Of a stretch of DNA of 64,000 nucleotides, positions 39,301 to 52,100 are shown one piece after another. The stretch comes from Balanoglossus misakiensis. Its lineage: Eukaryota > Animalia > Hemichordata. A program made the position numbers and the translations under genes. Position 1 is the first letter of the stretch. Every line of letters starts with the position of its first letter. The stretch is from assembly GCA_040954595.2 (NCBI GenBank), contig CM082583.2:9348254-9412253 (forward strand), in the 5' to 3' direction. The notes under the pieces are model-generated. The model saw only the letters and a program-made list of their open reading frames with translations. It was not told the origin of the DNA and searched no databases.

Positions 39301-42300
39301 AAACACCTAATTTGCATGTGAAAAAACAGCTCTGCCGCATCTCCACAGCTGGAGAGCTGCAGCAAACCTATTGCAGAGCTATCAGTGCGGCAGGGCTGCA
39401 GCATTTCTGTAGCGTATGTACTGGCTGCGGCAAGGATGCGGCAGTCTCTGCCGCAGCTCTGCAGAATCACCTAATTTGCATGCGAAAAAAACAGCTCTGC
39501 CGCATCTCCACTGCTGGAGAGCTGCAGCAAACCTATTGCAGAGCTATCAGTGCGGCAGGGCTGCAGCATTTCTGTAGCGTATGTACTGGATGCGGCAAGG
39601 ATGCGGCAGTCTCTGCCGCAGCTCTGCAGAATCACCTAATTTGCATGCGAAAAAACAGCTCTGCCGCATCTCCACTGCTGGAGAGCTGCAGCAAACCTAT
39701 TGCAGAGCTATCAGTGCGGCAGGGCTGCAGCATTTCTGTAGCGTATGTACTGGATGCGGCAAGGATGCGGCAGTCTCTGCCGCAGCTCTGCAGAATCACC
39801 TAATTTGCATGTGAAAAAACAGCTCTGCCGCATCTCCACTGCTGGAGAGCAGCAGCAAACCTATTGCAGAGCTATCAGTGCGGCAGGGCTGCAGCATTTC
39901 TGTAGCGTATGTACTGGATGCGGCAAGGATGCGGCAGTCTCTGCCGCAGCTCTGCAGAATCACCTAATTTGCATGCGAAAAAATAGCTCTGCCGCATCTC
40001 CACTGCTGGAGAGCTGCAGCAAACCTATTGCAGAGCTATCAGTGCGGCAGGGCTGCAGCATTTCTGTAGCGTATGTACTGGATGCGGCAAGGTTGCGGCA
40101 GTCTCTGCCGCAGCTCTGCAGAATCACCTAATTTGCATGTGAAAAAACAGCTCTGCCGCATCTCCACTGCTGGAGAGCTGCAGCAAACCTATTGCAGAGC
40201 TATCAGTGCGGCAGGGCTGCAGCATTTCTGTAGCGTATGTACTGGCTGCGGCAAGGATGCGGCAGTCTCTGCCGCAGCTCTGCACAATCACCTAATTTGC
40301 ATGTGAAAAAACAGCTCTGCCGCATCTCCACTGCTGGAGAGCTGCAGCAAACCTATTGCAGAGCTATCAGTGCGGCAGGGCTGCAGCATTTCTGTAGCGT
40401 ATGTACTGGCTGCGGCAAGGATGCGGCAGTCTCTGCCGCAGCTCTGCAGAATCACCTAATTTGCATGTGAAAAAACAGCTCTGCCGCATCTCCACTGCTG
40501 GAGAGCTGCAGCAAACCTATTGCAGAGCTATCAGTGCGGCAGGGCTGCAGCATTTCTGTAGCGTATGTACTGGCTGCGGCAAGGATGCGGCAGTCTCTGC
40601 CGCAGCTCTGCAGAATCACCTAATTTGCATGCGAAAAAACAGCTCTGCCGCATCTCCACTGCTGGAGAGCTGCAGCAAACCTATTGCAGAGCTATCAGTG
40701 CGGCAGGGCTGCAGCATTTCTGTAGCGTATGTACTGGATGCGGCAAGGATGCGGCAGTCTCTGCCGCAGCTCTGCAGAATCACCTAATTTGCATGCGAAA
40801 AAACAGCTCTGCCGCATCTCCACTGCTGGAGAGCTGCAGCAAACCTATTGCAGAGCTATCAGTGCGGCAGGGCTGCAGCATTTCTGTAGCGTATGTACTG
40901 GATGCGGCAAGGATGCGGCAGTCTCTGCCGCAGCTCTGCAGAATCACCTAATTTGCATGTGAAAAAACAGCTCTGCCGCATCTCCACTGCTGGAGAGCTG
41001 CAGCAAACCTATTGCAGAGCTATCAGTGCGGCAGGGCTGCAGCATTTCTGTAGCGTATGTACTGGATGCGGCAAGGATGCGGCAGTCTCTGCCGCAGCTC
41101 TGCAGAATCACCTAATTTGCATGCGAAAAAACAGCTCTGCCGCATCTCCACTGCTGGAGAGCTGCAGCAAACCTATTGCAGAGCTATCAGTGCGGCAGGG
41201 CTGCAGCATTTCTGTAGCGTATGTACTGGCTGCGGCAAGGATGCGGCAGTCTCTGCCGCAGCTCTGCAGAATCACCTAATTTGCATGTGAAAAAACAGCT
41301 CTGCCGCATCTCCACTGCTGGAGAGCTGCAGCAAACCTATTGCAGAGCTATCAGTGCGGCAGGGCTGCAGCATTTCTGTAGCGTATGTACTGGATGCGGC
41401 AAGGTTGCGGCAGTCTCTGCCGCAGCTCTGCAGAATCACCTAATTTGCATGCGAAAAAACAGCTCTGCCGCATCTCCACTGCTGGAGAGCTGCAGCAAAC
41501 CTATTGCAGAGCTATCAGTGCGGCAGGGCTGCAGCATTTCTGTAGCGTATGTACTGGCTGCGGCAAGGATGCGGCAGTCTCTGCCGCAGCTCTGCAGAAT
41601 CACCTAATTTGCATGTGAAAAAACAGCTCTGCCGCATCTCCACTGCTGGAGAGCTGCAGCAAACCTATTGCAGAGCTATCAGTGCGGCAGGGCTGCAGCA
41701 TTTCTGTAGCGTATGTACTGGATGCGGCAAGGATGCGGCAGTCTCTGCCGCAGCTCTGCAGAATCACCTAATTTGCATGCGAAAAAACAGCTCTGCCGCA
41801 TCTCCACTGCTGGAGAGCTGCAGCAAACCTATTGCAGAGCTATCAGTGCGGCAGGGCTGCAGCATTTCTGTAGCGTATATACTGGATGCGGCAAGGATGC
41901 GGCAGTCTCTGCCGCAGCTCTGCCGCAGCTCTGCAGAATCACCTAATTTGCATGTGAAAAAACAGCTCTGCCGCATCTCCACTGCTGGAGAGCTGCAGCA
42001 AACCTATTGCAGAGCTATCAGTGCGGCAGGGCTGCAGCATTTCTGTAGCGTATGTACTGGCTGCGGCAAGGATGCGGCAGTCTCTGCCGCAGCTCTGCAG
42101 AATCACCTAATTTGCATGTGAAAAAACAGCTCTGCCGCATCTCCACTGCTGGAGAGCTGCAGCAAACCTATTGCAGAGCTATCAGTGCGGCAGGGCTGCA
42201 GCATTTCTGTAGCGTATGTACTGGCTGCGGCAAGGATGCGGCAGTCTCTGCCGCAGCTCTGCAGAATCACCTAATTTGCATGTGAAAAAACAGCTCTGCC

Positions 42301-45300
42301 GCATCTCCACTGCTGGAGAGCTGCAGCAAACCTATTGCAGAGCTATCAGTGCGGCAGGGCTGCAGCATTTCTGTAGCGTATGTACTGGCTGCGGCAAGGA
42401 TGCGGCAGTCTCTGCCGCAGCTCTGCAGAATCACCTAATTTGCATGTGAAAAAACAGCTCTGCCGCATCTCCACTGCTGGAGAGCTGCAGCAAACCTATT
42501 GCAGAGCTATCAGTGCGGCAGGGCTGCAGCATTTCTGTAGCGTATGTACTGGATGCGGCAAGGTTGCGGCAGTCTCTGCCGCAGCTCTGCAGAATCACCT
42601 AATTTGCATGTGAAAAAACAGCTCTGCCGCATCTCCACTGCTGGAGAGCTGCAGCAAACCTATTGCAGAGCTATCAGTGCGGCAGGGCTGCAGCATTTCT
42701 GTAGCGTATGTACTGGCTGCGGCAAGGATGTGGCAGTCTCTGCCGCAGCTCTGCAGAATCACCTAATTTGCATGCGAAAAAACAGCTCTGCCGCATCTCC
42801 ACTGCTGGAGAGCTGCAGCAAACCTATTGCAGAGCTATCAGTGCGGCAGGGCTGCAGCATTTCTGTAGCGTATGTACTGGCTGCGGCAAGGATGCGGCAG
42901 TCTCTGCCGCAGCTCTGCAGAATCACCTAATTTGCATGTGAAAAAACAGCTCTGCCGCATCTCCACTGCTGGAGAGCTGCAGCAAACCTATTGCAGAGCT
43001 ATCAGTGCGGCAGGGCTGCAGCATTTCTGTAGCGTATGTACTGGCTGCGGCAAGGATGCGGCAGTCTCTGCCGCAGCTCTGCAGAATCACCTAATTTGCA
43101 TGTGAAAAAACAGCTCTGCCGCATCTCCACTGCTGGAGAGCTGCAGCAAACCTATTGCAGAGCTATCAGTGCGGCAGGGCTGCAGCATTTCTGTAGCGTA
43201 TGTACTGGCTGCGGCAAGGATGCGGCAGTCTCTGCCGCAGCTCTGCAGAATCACCTAATTTGCATGTGAAAAAACAGCTCTGCCGCATCTCCACTGCTGG
43301 AGAGCTGCAGCAAACCTATTGCAGAGCTATCAGTGCGGCAGGGCTGCAGCATTTCTGTAGCGTATGTACTGGATGCGGCAAGGTTGCGGCAGTCTCTGCC
43401 GCAGCTCTGCAGAATCACCTAATTTGCATGTGAAAAAACAGCTCTGCCGCATCTCCACTGCTGGAGAGCTGCAGCAAACCTATTGCAGAGCTATCAGTGC
43501 GGCAGGGCTGCAGCATTTCTGTAGCGTATGTACTGGCTGCGGCAAGGATGTGGCAGTCTCTGCCGCAGCTCTGCAGAATCACCTAATTTGCATGCGAAAA
43601 AACAGCTCTGCCGCATCTCCACTGCTGGAGAGCTGCAGCAAACCTATTGCAGAGCTATCAGTGCGGCAGGGCTGCAGCATTTCTGTAGCGTATGTACTGG
43701 ATGCGGCAAGGATGCGGCAGTCTCTGCCGCAGCTCTGCAGAATCACCTAATTTGCATGCGAAAAAACAGCTCTGCCGCATCTCCACTGCTGGAGAGCTGC
43801 AGCAAACCTATTGCAGAGCTATCAGTGCGGCAGGGCTGCAGCATTTCTGTAGCGTATGTACTGGATGCGGCAAGGTTGCGGCAGTCTCTGCCGCAGCTCT
43901 GCAGAATCACCTAATTTGCATGTGAAAAAACAGCTCTGCCGCATCTCCACTGCTGGAGAGCTGCAGCAAACCTATTGCAGAGCTATCAGTGCGGCAGGGC
44001 TGCAGCATTTCTGTAGCGTATGTACTGGCTGCGGCAAGGATGCGGCAGTCTCTGCCGCAGCTCTGCAGAATCACCTAATTTGCATGTGAAAAAACAGCTC
44101 TGCCGCATCTCCACTGCTGGAGAGCTGCAGCAAACCTATTGCAGAGCTATCAGTGCGGCAGGGCTGCAGCATTTCTGTAGCGTATGTACTGGATGCGGCA
44201 AGGTTGCGGCAGTCTCTGCCGCAGCTCTGCAGAATCACCTAATTTGCATGCGAAAAAACAGCTCTGCCGCATCTCCACTGCTGGAGAGCTGCAGCAAACC
44301 TATTGCAGAGCTATCAGTGCGGCAGGGCTGCAGCATTTCTGTAGCGTATGTACTGGCTGCGGCAAGGATGCGGCAGTCTCTGCCGCAGCTCTGCAGAATC
44401 ACCTAATTTGCATGTGAAAAAACAGCTCTGCCGCATCTCCACTGCTGGAGAGCTGCAGCAAACCTATTGCAGAGCTATCAGTGCGGCAGGGCTGCAGCAT
44501 TTGTGTAGCGTATGTACTGGATGCGGCAAGGATGCGGCAGTCTCTGCCGCAGCTCTGCAGAATCACCTAATTTGCATGCGAAAAAACAGCTCTGCCGCAT
44601 CTCCACTGCTGGAGAGCTGCAGCAAACCTATTGCAGAGCTATCAGTGCGGCAGGGCTGCAGCATCTCTGTAGCGTATATACTGGATGCGGCAAGGATGCG
44701 GCAGTCTCTGCCGCAGCTCTGCCGCAGCTCTGCAGAATCACCTAATTTGCATGTGAAAAAACAGCTCTGCCGCATCTCCACTGCTGGAGAGCTGCAGCAA
44801 ACCTATTGCAGAGCTATCAGTGCGGCAGGGCTGCAGCATTTCTGTAGCGTATGTACTGGCTGCAGCAAGGATGCGGCAGTCTCTGCCGCAGCTCTGCAGA
44901 ATCACCTAATTTGCATGTGAAAAAACAGCTCTGCCGCATCTCCACTGCTGGAGAGCTGCAGCAAACCTATTGCAGAGCTATCAGTGCGGCAGGGCTGCAG
45001 CATTTCTGTAGCGTATGTACTGGCTGCGGCAAGGATGTGGCAGTCTCTGCCGCAGCTCTGCAGAATATCCTAATTTGCATGCGAAAAAACAGCTCTGCCG
45101 CATCTCCACTGCTGGAGAGCTGCAGCAAACCTATTGCAGAGCTATCAGTGCGGCAGGGCTGCAGCATTTCTGTAGCGTATGTACTGGCTGCGGCAAGGAT
45201 GCGGCAGTCTCTGCCGCAGCTCTGCAGAATCACCTAATTTGCATGCGAAAAAACAGCTCTGCCGCATCTCCACTGCTGGAGAGCTGCAGCAAACCTATTG

Positions 45301-46166
45301 CAGAGCTATCAGTGCGGCAGGGCTGCAGCATTTCTGTAGCGTATGTACTGGCTGCGGCAAGGATGCGGCAGTCTCTGCCGCAGCTCTGCAGAATCACCTA
45401 ATTTGCATGTGAAAAAACAGCTCTGCCGCATCTCCACTGCTGGAGAGCTGCAGCAAACCTATTGCAGAGCTATCAGTGCGGCAGGGCTGCAGCATTTCTG
45501 TAGCGTATGTACTGGCTGCGGCAAGGATGCGGCAGTCTCTGCCGCAGCTCTGCAGAATCACCTAATTTGCATGCGAAAAAACAGCTCTGCCGCATCTCCA
45601 CTGCTGGAGAGCTGCAGCAAACCTATTGCAGAGCTATCAGTGCGGCAGGGCTGCAGCATTTCTGTAGCGTATGTACTGGCTGCGGCAAGGATGCGGCAGT
45701 CTCTGCCGCAGCTCTGCAGAATCACCTAATTTGCATGTGAAAAAACAGCTCTGCCGCATCTCCACTGCTGGAGAGCTGCAGCAAACCTATTGCAGAGCTA
45801 TCAGTGCGGCAGGGCTGCAGCACTTCTGTAGCGTATGTACTGGATGCGGCAAGGATGCGGCAGTCTCTGCCGCAGCTCTGCAGAATCACCTAATTTGCAT
45901 GCGAAAAAACAGCTCTGCCGCATCTCCACTGCTGGAGAGCTGCAGCAAACCTATTGCAGAGCTATCAGTGCGGCAGGGCTGCAGCATTTCTGTAGCGTAT
46001 GTACTGGATGCGGCAAGGATGCGGCAGTCTCTGCCGCAGCTCTGCAGAATCACCTAATTTGCATGTGAAAAAACGGCTCTGCTGCGTCTACCTGCTGTAG
46101 AGCTGCAGCAAACCTGCTGTAGAGCTGCTGCAATATATCGCGACAAGGCCTATATTTTCATAAGGG
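36309..46166. mobile_element. Non-autonomous CMC (CACTA/EnSpm/Mirage-type) DNA transposon, ~9.86 kb, carrying an internal satellite array
   Basis: tg-CCCTTACAAAAAT ... ATTTTCATAAGGG-tg gives 13-bp TIRs (11/13), CCC/GGG ends and a 2-bp TG target duplication. Subterminal inverted repeats gcagcagctctgcagcag (36331-36348) and ctgctgtagagctgctgc (46114-46131) match at 17/18. No transposase ORF is visible. Confidence 0.75.
37168..46126. repeat. 164-bp tandem satellite array, 54 full units plus one partial
   Basis: The period is 164 bp (ATGTACTGG marker at 37284, 37448 ... 45999) and the units are nearly identical. One unit has +1 bp (~39485) and two have +11 bp (~41911 and ~44710). Confidence 0.98.
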
Positions 46167-49100
46167 TGCTGAGATGGGTTTTATTCGCTCCAACCTTTTG
46201 ATTTTCTGATCACAGAATGCAAACACCCTTGCCATTCCCATTTCAGGCTGTGGCATGTGTGTTTATGCCACAATGCCATAATTGGCAGGATTATTAACTT
46301 TTTATGTCAACTGAGTGAAATACTAAAGTTATAAACAGATGGAGATGGTTGCAACTCTGGAAATCCGCAGCGTCACTTATTTATCACTAGACGGATACGA
46401 TGAATCTGACCTAGTGTAAAATTCGTGTGCAAGTAAAAAGTTCTCTTTTGGGTGGTCTAGTTTTATCTGCCATATATGCAGATTAAAATGAAACAAGAAC
46501 ACCACTGAAAGAGATTTCTTTTTCAATGTAGACTTATTGAATTACTTTTACAATTTACCAACTGGGGGATACAAAGTATATGTCTTGCTCTTATGTTGAC
46601 CTCTTCCTGGGGTGAATGACCTTTGAGAAGTACAGCGCCTGGCTGGACTACCTGCAGTGAGTGTCTTGGGGTGTATTTTGTTTTTAATCTTTGCCGTTTA
46701 TTTTTTTGTGTGTGTGTGTGCTTGTGTCCACTTTGAATACTTAAGAATTAACAAGTATTTGCCGGATATATATAACCAGTACAGACCCCAAATTCGATAT
46801 CTATCCTGAAATTTTACATAATACAATAAAGAATTGCCTTATATGGCAGTACATGGCCACTGTGCCATGCGTACGAGGCACAATCAGCAACTGAAATAGC
46901 TCATCTGCGACCTACTAAATATTTTAATAGTAAAACTAAATTAAACTACTTAAATTTGCCCATCAAATGTCTGAACAGCAAGCAGGGGGTACGTAGATGA
47001 TTAAAGGTGGGTGTCACAAGTCGAGTTCTCCTGTAGCAAGTTCTTTGACCTGTGACCTCTGAAAAGATATTGACAGGCTGGTATTTGTCATCAGAATATT
47101 GAACTTAAAAAAAACACGTCTGTAGTTAGTTTGTTTCCAAGGAATGATTTGTGGCAAACTGTTAAAATTGGGAAAAAGTTGCTGTGTTTATAACTGCATG
47201 TAGCATAGACGATTGGCTGTCACTCAACAAAAACAGACTTGCAAATCTTGTGCCGTCATGACGACAGCTAGGACGTCCCTAAGAGCTAAGAAATTGTCAG
47301 AGAAAAAGAATTAGTCTGTTGAGTTTTGCAGTTAGGTTTATACAGCTTGGCTGGCACAAAGTTTGGTAAATTATAGTCATGCAATCTCTACGCGAGATTA
47401 ATCAAGAAAGATTTGTCACAGATTGTTCAAATACAAATGTGCCACCCTATTTAGGGTGCAGGTTTTGCACTTTAGTATCTAAATGTTTATCATTCCTCGG
47501 TTTCCCTGACAACACCGTCATTTATTGTGAAAATATGGCGCATCCTGTCGACTAAAGATGGGCACTAAATCCATTTTGTACATGTACCTGCATCTTTGCT
47601 TTTAGACCAGCGATGCAGCAGATGCATCAAATGTGTGCACACAGAAAAGACCAGCAAAAATTTAGTGGAAGAACAGTTTATCAGCCCTGGACACCCACAG
47701 CACTTGTGGATAAAGCTGCAACATGCATGTGTTTCAGGGATTTGTGTTCTGTTTGCTTGAGGACAGCTGTCAGTTGGGTAAAAATATCACCTTGATGACA
47801 CTATATGGTTTGCACTTTTTGTGCGTGTTAGTGGTGTGTATCGGTGCTGAAATAGTACGTCCTACAGATGTGTGAGGACATCAGCCTGCATGGATAAGAA
47901 TAGAATATGAGAAGACACAGTTATAGATAGTGCAAACAACTATAGTGTTATTCATGCACAATTTTAATTGTCAATTTTATAGTTGCCATGGACACAGGTC
48001 TAAAATTGTAGCTGTCAGAACGTGATTTATTATTGCTATATTTAATAATGTTTGCAAAAATAAGAATATAATATGTTTAAATTCAGTTTTAATTCATTAA
48101 CCGTCTGTTGACAGCTGTCTTTACAGAAGTTTGCAGTCTGTTGATGTGGTTAGGAATTACCATGGTGTCATTGTTACTACATCTGTGTGGTGAAAAAAAC
48201 TGATGATGGGAATTGTGTTATATTTATGTGATATAGAAATCAAGGACAGAGGTGTAGTGGAAATGCTGCTTGGGGCTTAAGTTATTAAAATTTGCAATCA
48301 TGAAATATTAATGGTGTAATATCAATGCCCCAGAGCCATACCAGTTGTGGCAGAGTGCTTGAAAAGTGCTTTGAAGTGAGCATCTAGCCTGGTATACGGT
48401 GCAATTATTGTTTTATCGTTATTTTTACTGTTGTAGATGATATGGACTTTTTTCCTGAATTTTGAGGGTGGTGCACATAATTTAAATTGAGACAACCAAT
48501 GATTAGGGCGTTTAAATTTTCCTTGCTGTATCAGCAATTTTCTGATGAAACAGAATATGATGGTGCATTGTATAATTTCCAATAATAAGTTTGCATGTTG
48601 ATAACTTGATAAGCTTTCATGCACAGGACCAGGCACCAATTTCCCTGCCAGCAACATATTGCAACAATTTTTTTCTTCTACACATGCTGCGTATTTTGAG
48701 AATGCATCGAACCCGTCTACACTTGAGGAGTCCATTGTGTCAAATAACATGGTGGGGTCAGACGGGGTCAGACATCGGTCAGATAGAAGTTATGAAAAAA
48801 GAACACAGCAAGCTGAATTTTTTTTTTTTTTTGCTCGCCCATGCTGTTGTTGATCAAGTGCCTCGATCATCTCTGCACAGTAACCATAATTTCGTTCTGT
48901 CTGTTTTCACAACAGGTATCTGCATGCAACATATTACAGTTACCGTAATAGTCTTGCTTTAAGCATTAAAATTCACCTTTAGAATGCCGTGCCGGAATAA
49001 AAGTCATTTCTTGCAGGGATCACCGTAATAAGCTTATCTATTTTCTCATATTGAATAATTAAAATTTAATCAGCCGGCCATCAACTTCCCAGTTTACAAA

Positions 49101-52100
49101 GCCAATAATCTGAATTCGCATGCACATCGAATATTAATTCACGTTTTAAGTCTGAAATTAATGCAGACTTACCTGTTCTTTTCAGTAAAGTGGTGGAAAT
49201 TTAGTTTCAATTTACAAAGTTTCATATCATGCATGAAGTTTCATATTGGCTAGTTTTTCTGAGCCACATGTAGTTACACGTTTGTTAAATTCTGCACGTC
49301 AAGTTCTGTATTTCCAGAGAGTTCTGATTATCCTGGCTGTCTGCCAGGTGTCCTGGGTATCAGTACAATATAATATTCCATATGCATGTTCAATTACTCA
49401 ATGATGTCATTCATTATTTTTGATTGCCCACCAGATCGACACGCCCACACGCAAGAGATGGTATCAAATTCAGTTGTTTGCACAGTGTTTTGACTTTGCT
49501 GATATACATCGTTGCTGAAACATATTCCGGTTTTTTGATCGGTGCGTCACTTGGATTCCAGCGAGTTGCTGTTAAGATGCAATTCTCTCTTTTCATTAAT
49601 TCCTTCATCCCTACATGTTAATGTGACTGTGCCCCTCTCTTTATGTATTTGGAGTTTGGATCACTCAAAGCTTTAAGGGTATAAGCTCAGCAGGTGGGAA
49701 ATTAAGCCCTGTTGCATGGGGCGACGCAATCAAGCACACTTGACGGAAAAGTTGATACCTTCTAAATATAGCAAAGGTCAGGGGGTCGCAGACAGTGTTT
49801 GACATTACCCCGAGGCAATGTGAGGTCATTCACTGGTCACGCAAGAGATAAACAAGCTGAGATGCACGTCTCGCCAAGGGACTGTTGAAATGCCAAACAT
49901 TGATGGCAAATGATGCAGAGGGAGGACCCTTGTATAAGAGCCCCCAACCATGTGCTACATTGAATCATCTTTTGGTGCTGCGTTAATAGATTATACCAGT
50001 ACTTAATATTTGCTCCCATCTGCAGCTATATTATCCGCCAACAATTTTGTTTCATATTCTTCCACTTGATTTATCACACCGCTTTCGGTTCCATTGTACA
50101 GTGACAATACAGCAATAATTCTGCAATGCATCACAATAATGTTATTTTTATTCTCATTTCACTGGACACAATTGAAAACCCTTCAAAAGAGTGTGTTTGC
50201 GCCTGTCATAGTTTTCAGTCTTCAGCCATCTGTTTCCATTTTAAAACAAAACTAAATATGGGAATTTTTCAGGGCTAAACCCAGGTATACTCATGTCACC
50301 GGAGTTTAATGTTGGCAGTTAAAAATAAAGTGTTGGCATACATCATCACTATAGGAACAATAGCTTACTTTTGATATTTTTTGTCAGTGTATTTCTGTAA
50401 AACTTTTTATGATTTTTTTCATAACTTCTTTTTTGTTAATTAGCTATAAATCTGTCATCAACAAAAATAGGATACAGAAGCTGTACATGTTGACAGACCA
50501 AATATGGGCAATGCATTTCACCATATGCTACAAGAACTATACTGTACGTCACACCTGGAGATGTGCGAAAACGAAAAAAAATCCTGAAAAATCACCAAAT
50601 AGTTACAGCTACTGTACCTTAAGAAACAGCTTCCCACACTACCCGTTTTTAAGCAACTAGCAAACAGTGAGTTAAATATCTTTCCCCCCGAATCCATCAG
50701 TGTTGCCCGTGGCAGTTGGTGGCATTAAATCCATGCATTCGATTGTGCGGAAATATTGACTCCTTAAGTGACTGCCAAATGAATCGCCGAGATCGCGCTG
50801 CAGACACGGTTTGATCCCCTCAAGTGAACCTGAATAAATAGCCCGGGAGTGTTGACACAATTGTTGAGGTTGTTTGTATTCATTGAGAGGAAGTTGAAGT
50901 ACACAATTGTCTGCAGTGTGATGATGATGATTGATGGAATCGTGACAGGCTGTTCTGTCTGATTGGCCTCAGTGGAAGTTAGTCGTGTCTCGCGCCGAAT
51001 ACTTGTCGGTCTTCTGCTACAGCAGAATCCTCATCAGACACAATCCTTTCATCCCGTGTCACCATCAAGTGACAGATTGCCATGGCAACTGACTGAGACA
51101 ATTTCACTTTGAATTATATTTAATTCCTGAGGAAACCAAGTCAAAGCTGATGTAGTAGACATAGCATGTTTTAGGGCAACATTTGTAGATGTGACATGGC
51201 GAGCTGAAACGTGCCCAGCAAACAAATTTTTACCCTAAGAGGAATACAAAACTGCATGATAGAAATGAAACAATGTACATATTCACAGATGTCTGATGTT
51301 TACATGACTCAATTTGTCATATTTTATTTTATCATTTTAAGGGGAAGCCACTTAAATCTTCAGCAATATTTAACACAACCACTTCATTTCTTTTTTTAGT
51401 CACAGCGTAATTGTCATATTTATATGTGATACATTAAAGTTTGAAGGATGTGTAATTAGTATTCAAGAGCTAAATGAAGTCAAAACGCAATATGTGACAC
51501 ATCTGTTTTCATGGGGAATACTCTGATATGGCAACAGTTGGAGTTATTAATATCTGTAGGGTGTTGTCAAGAGAAATGTCTACAAAACACAGTTCACACA
51601 CCTTCCATGGCTATCGATCATTGTAGCCTCTTCCATGTAATGATACTGTAATTGTCAGGTACATATAGCTTTCATAAAGAACGGCAATAACACTAGCAAG
51701 TGCACACAATGAGAATGATCTGGATATTTGAAGGACAAATATGGCCAGCTGCAGCTGTTTAACTAATTTTTCTCCGAAACAGCACAAAGTCAATTCTGGT
51801 ATCACACATTGCCTCTTCTCCGAAGTCCACCATTTTTGTCTTTTCTGGTGTTGACTCTGATCCCACTGCAGGGAAGCAAACCCACCTACAGGGCGATCAC
51901 TGCAGCCACCCAAGTTCTCTGCACAATTGCTGGTTCAAGACCTGGACTTCGCCATGACTCTGCTCTTTTAATGCAACCCTTTATGCAATGACAATCTTTC
52001 TTGATGCTTTGGCCAGAGTGGTAGAAAGAGCCAGTTTTCAAGTCTTCATGGTTGAATGAGATATTTACATTTACATAATACTGCTGGATAGCTTTCAATG

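Noticed and set aside
37156-46068. Dozens of 77-190 aa ORFs, and possible CRISPR-like periodicity
   Set aside because: The ORFs are translations of a 164-bp tandem unit (not a multiple of 3, with frequent stops). The units are contiguous with no unique spacers, there are no cas genes, and the context is eukaryotic.
46616-46662. ATG-initiated mini-exon MTFEKYSAWLDYL followed by GTGAGT
   Set aside because: No downstream partner exon can be identified, and such matches are expected by chance in 48 kb.
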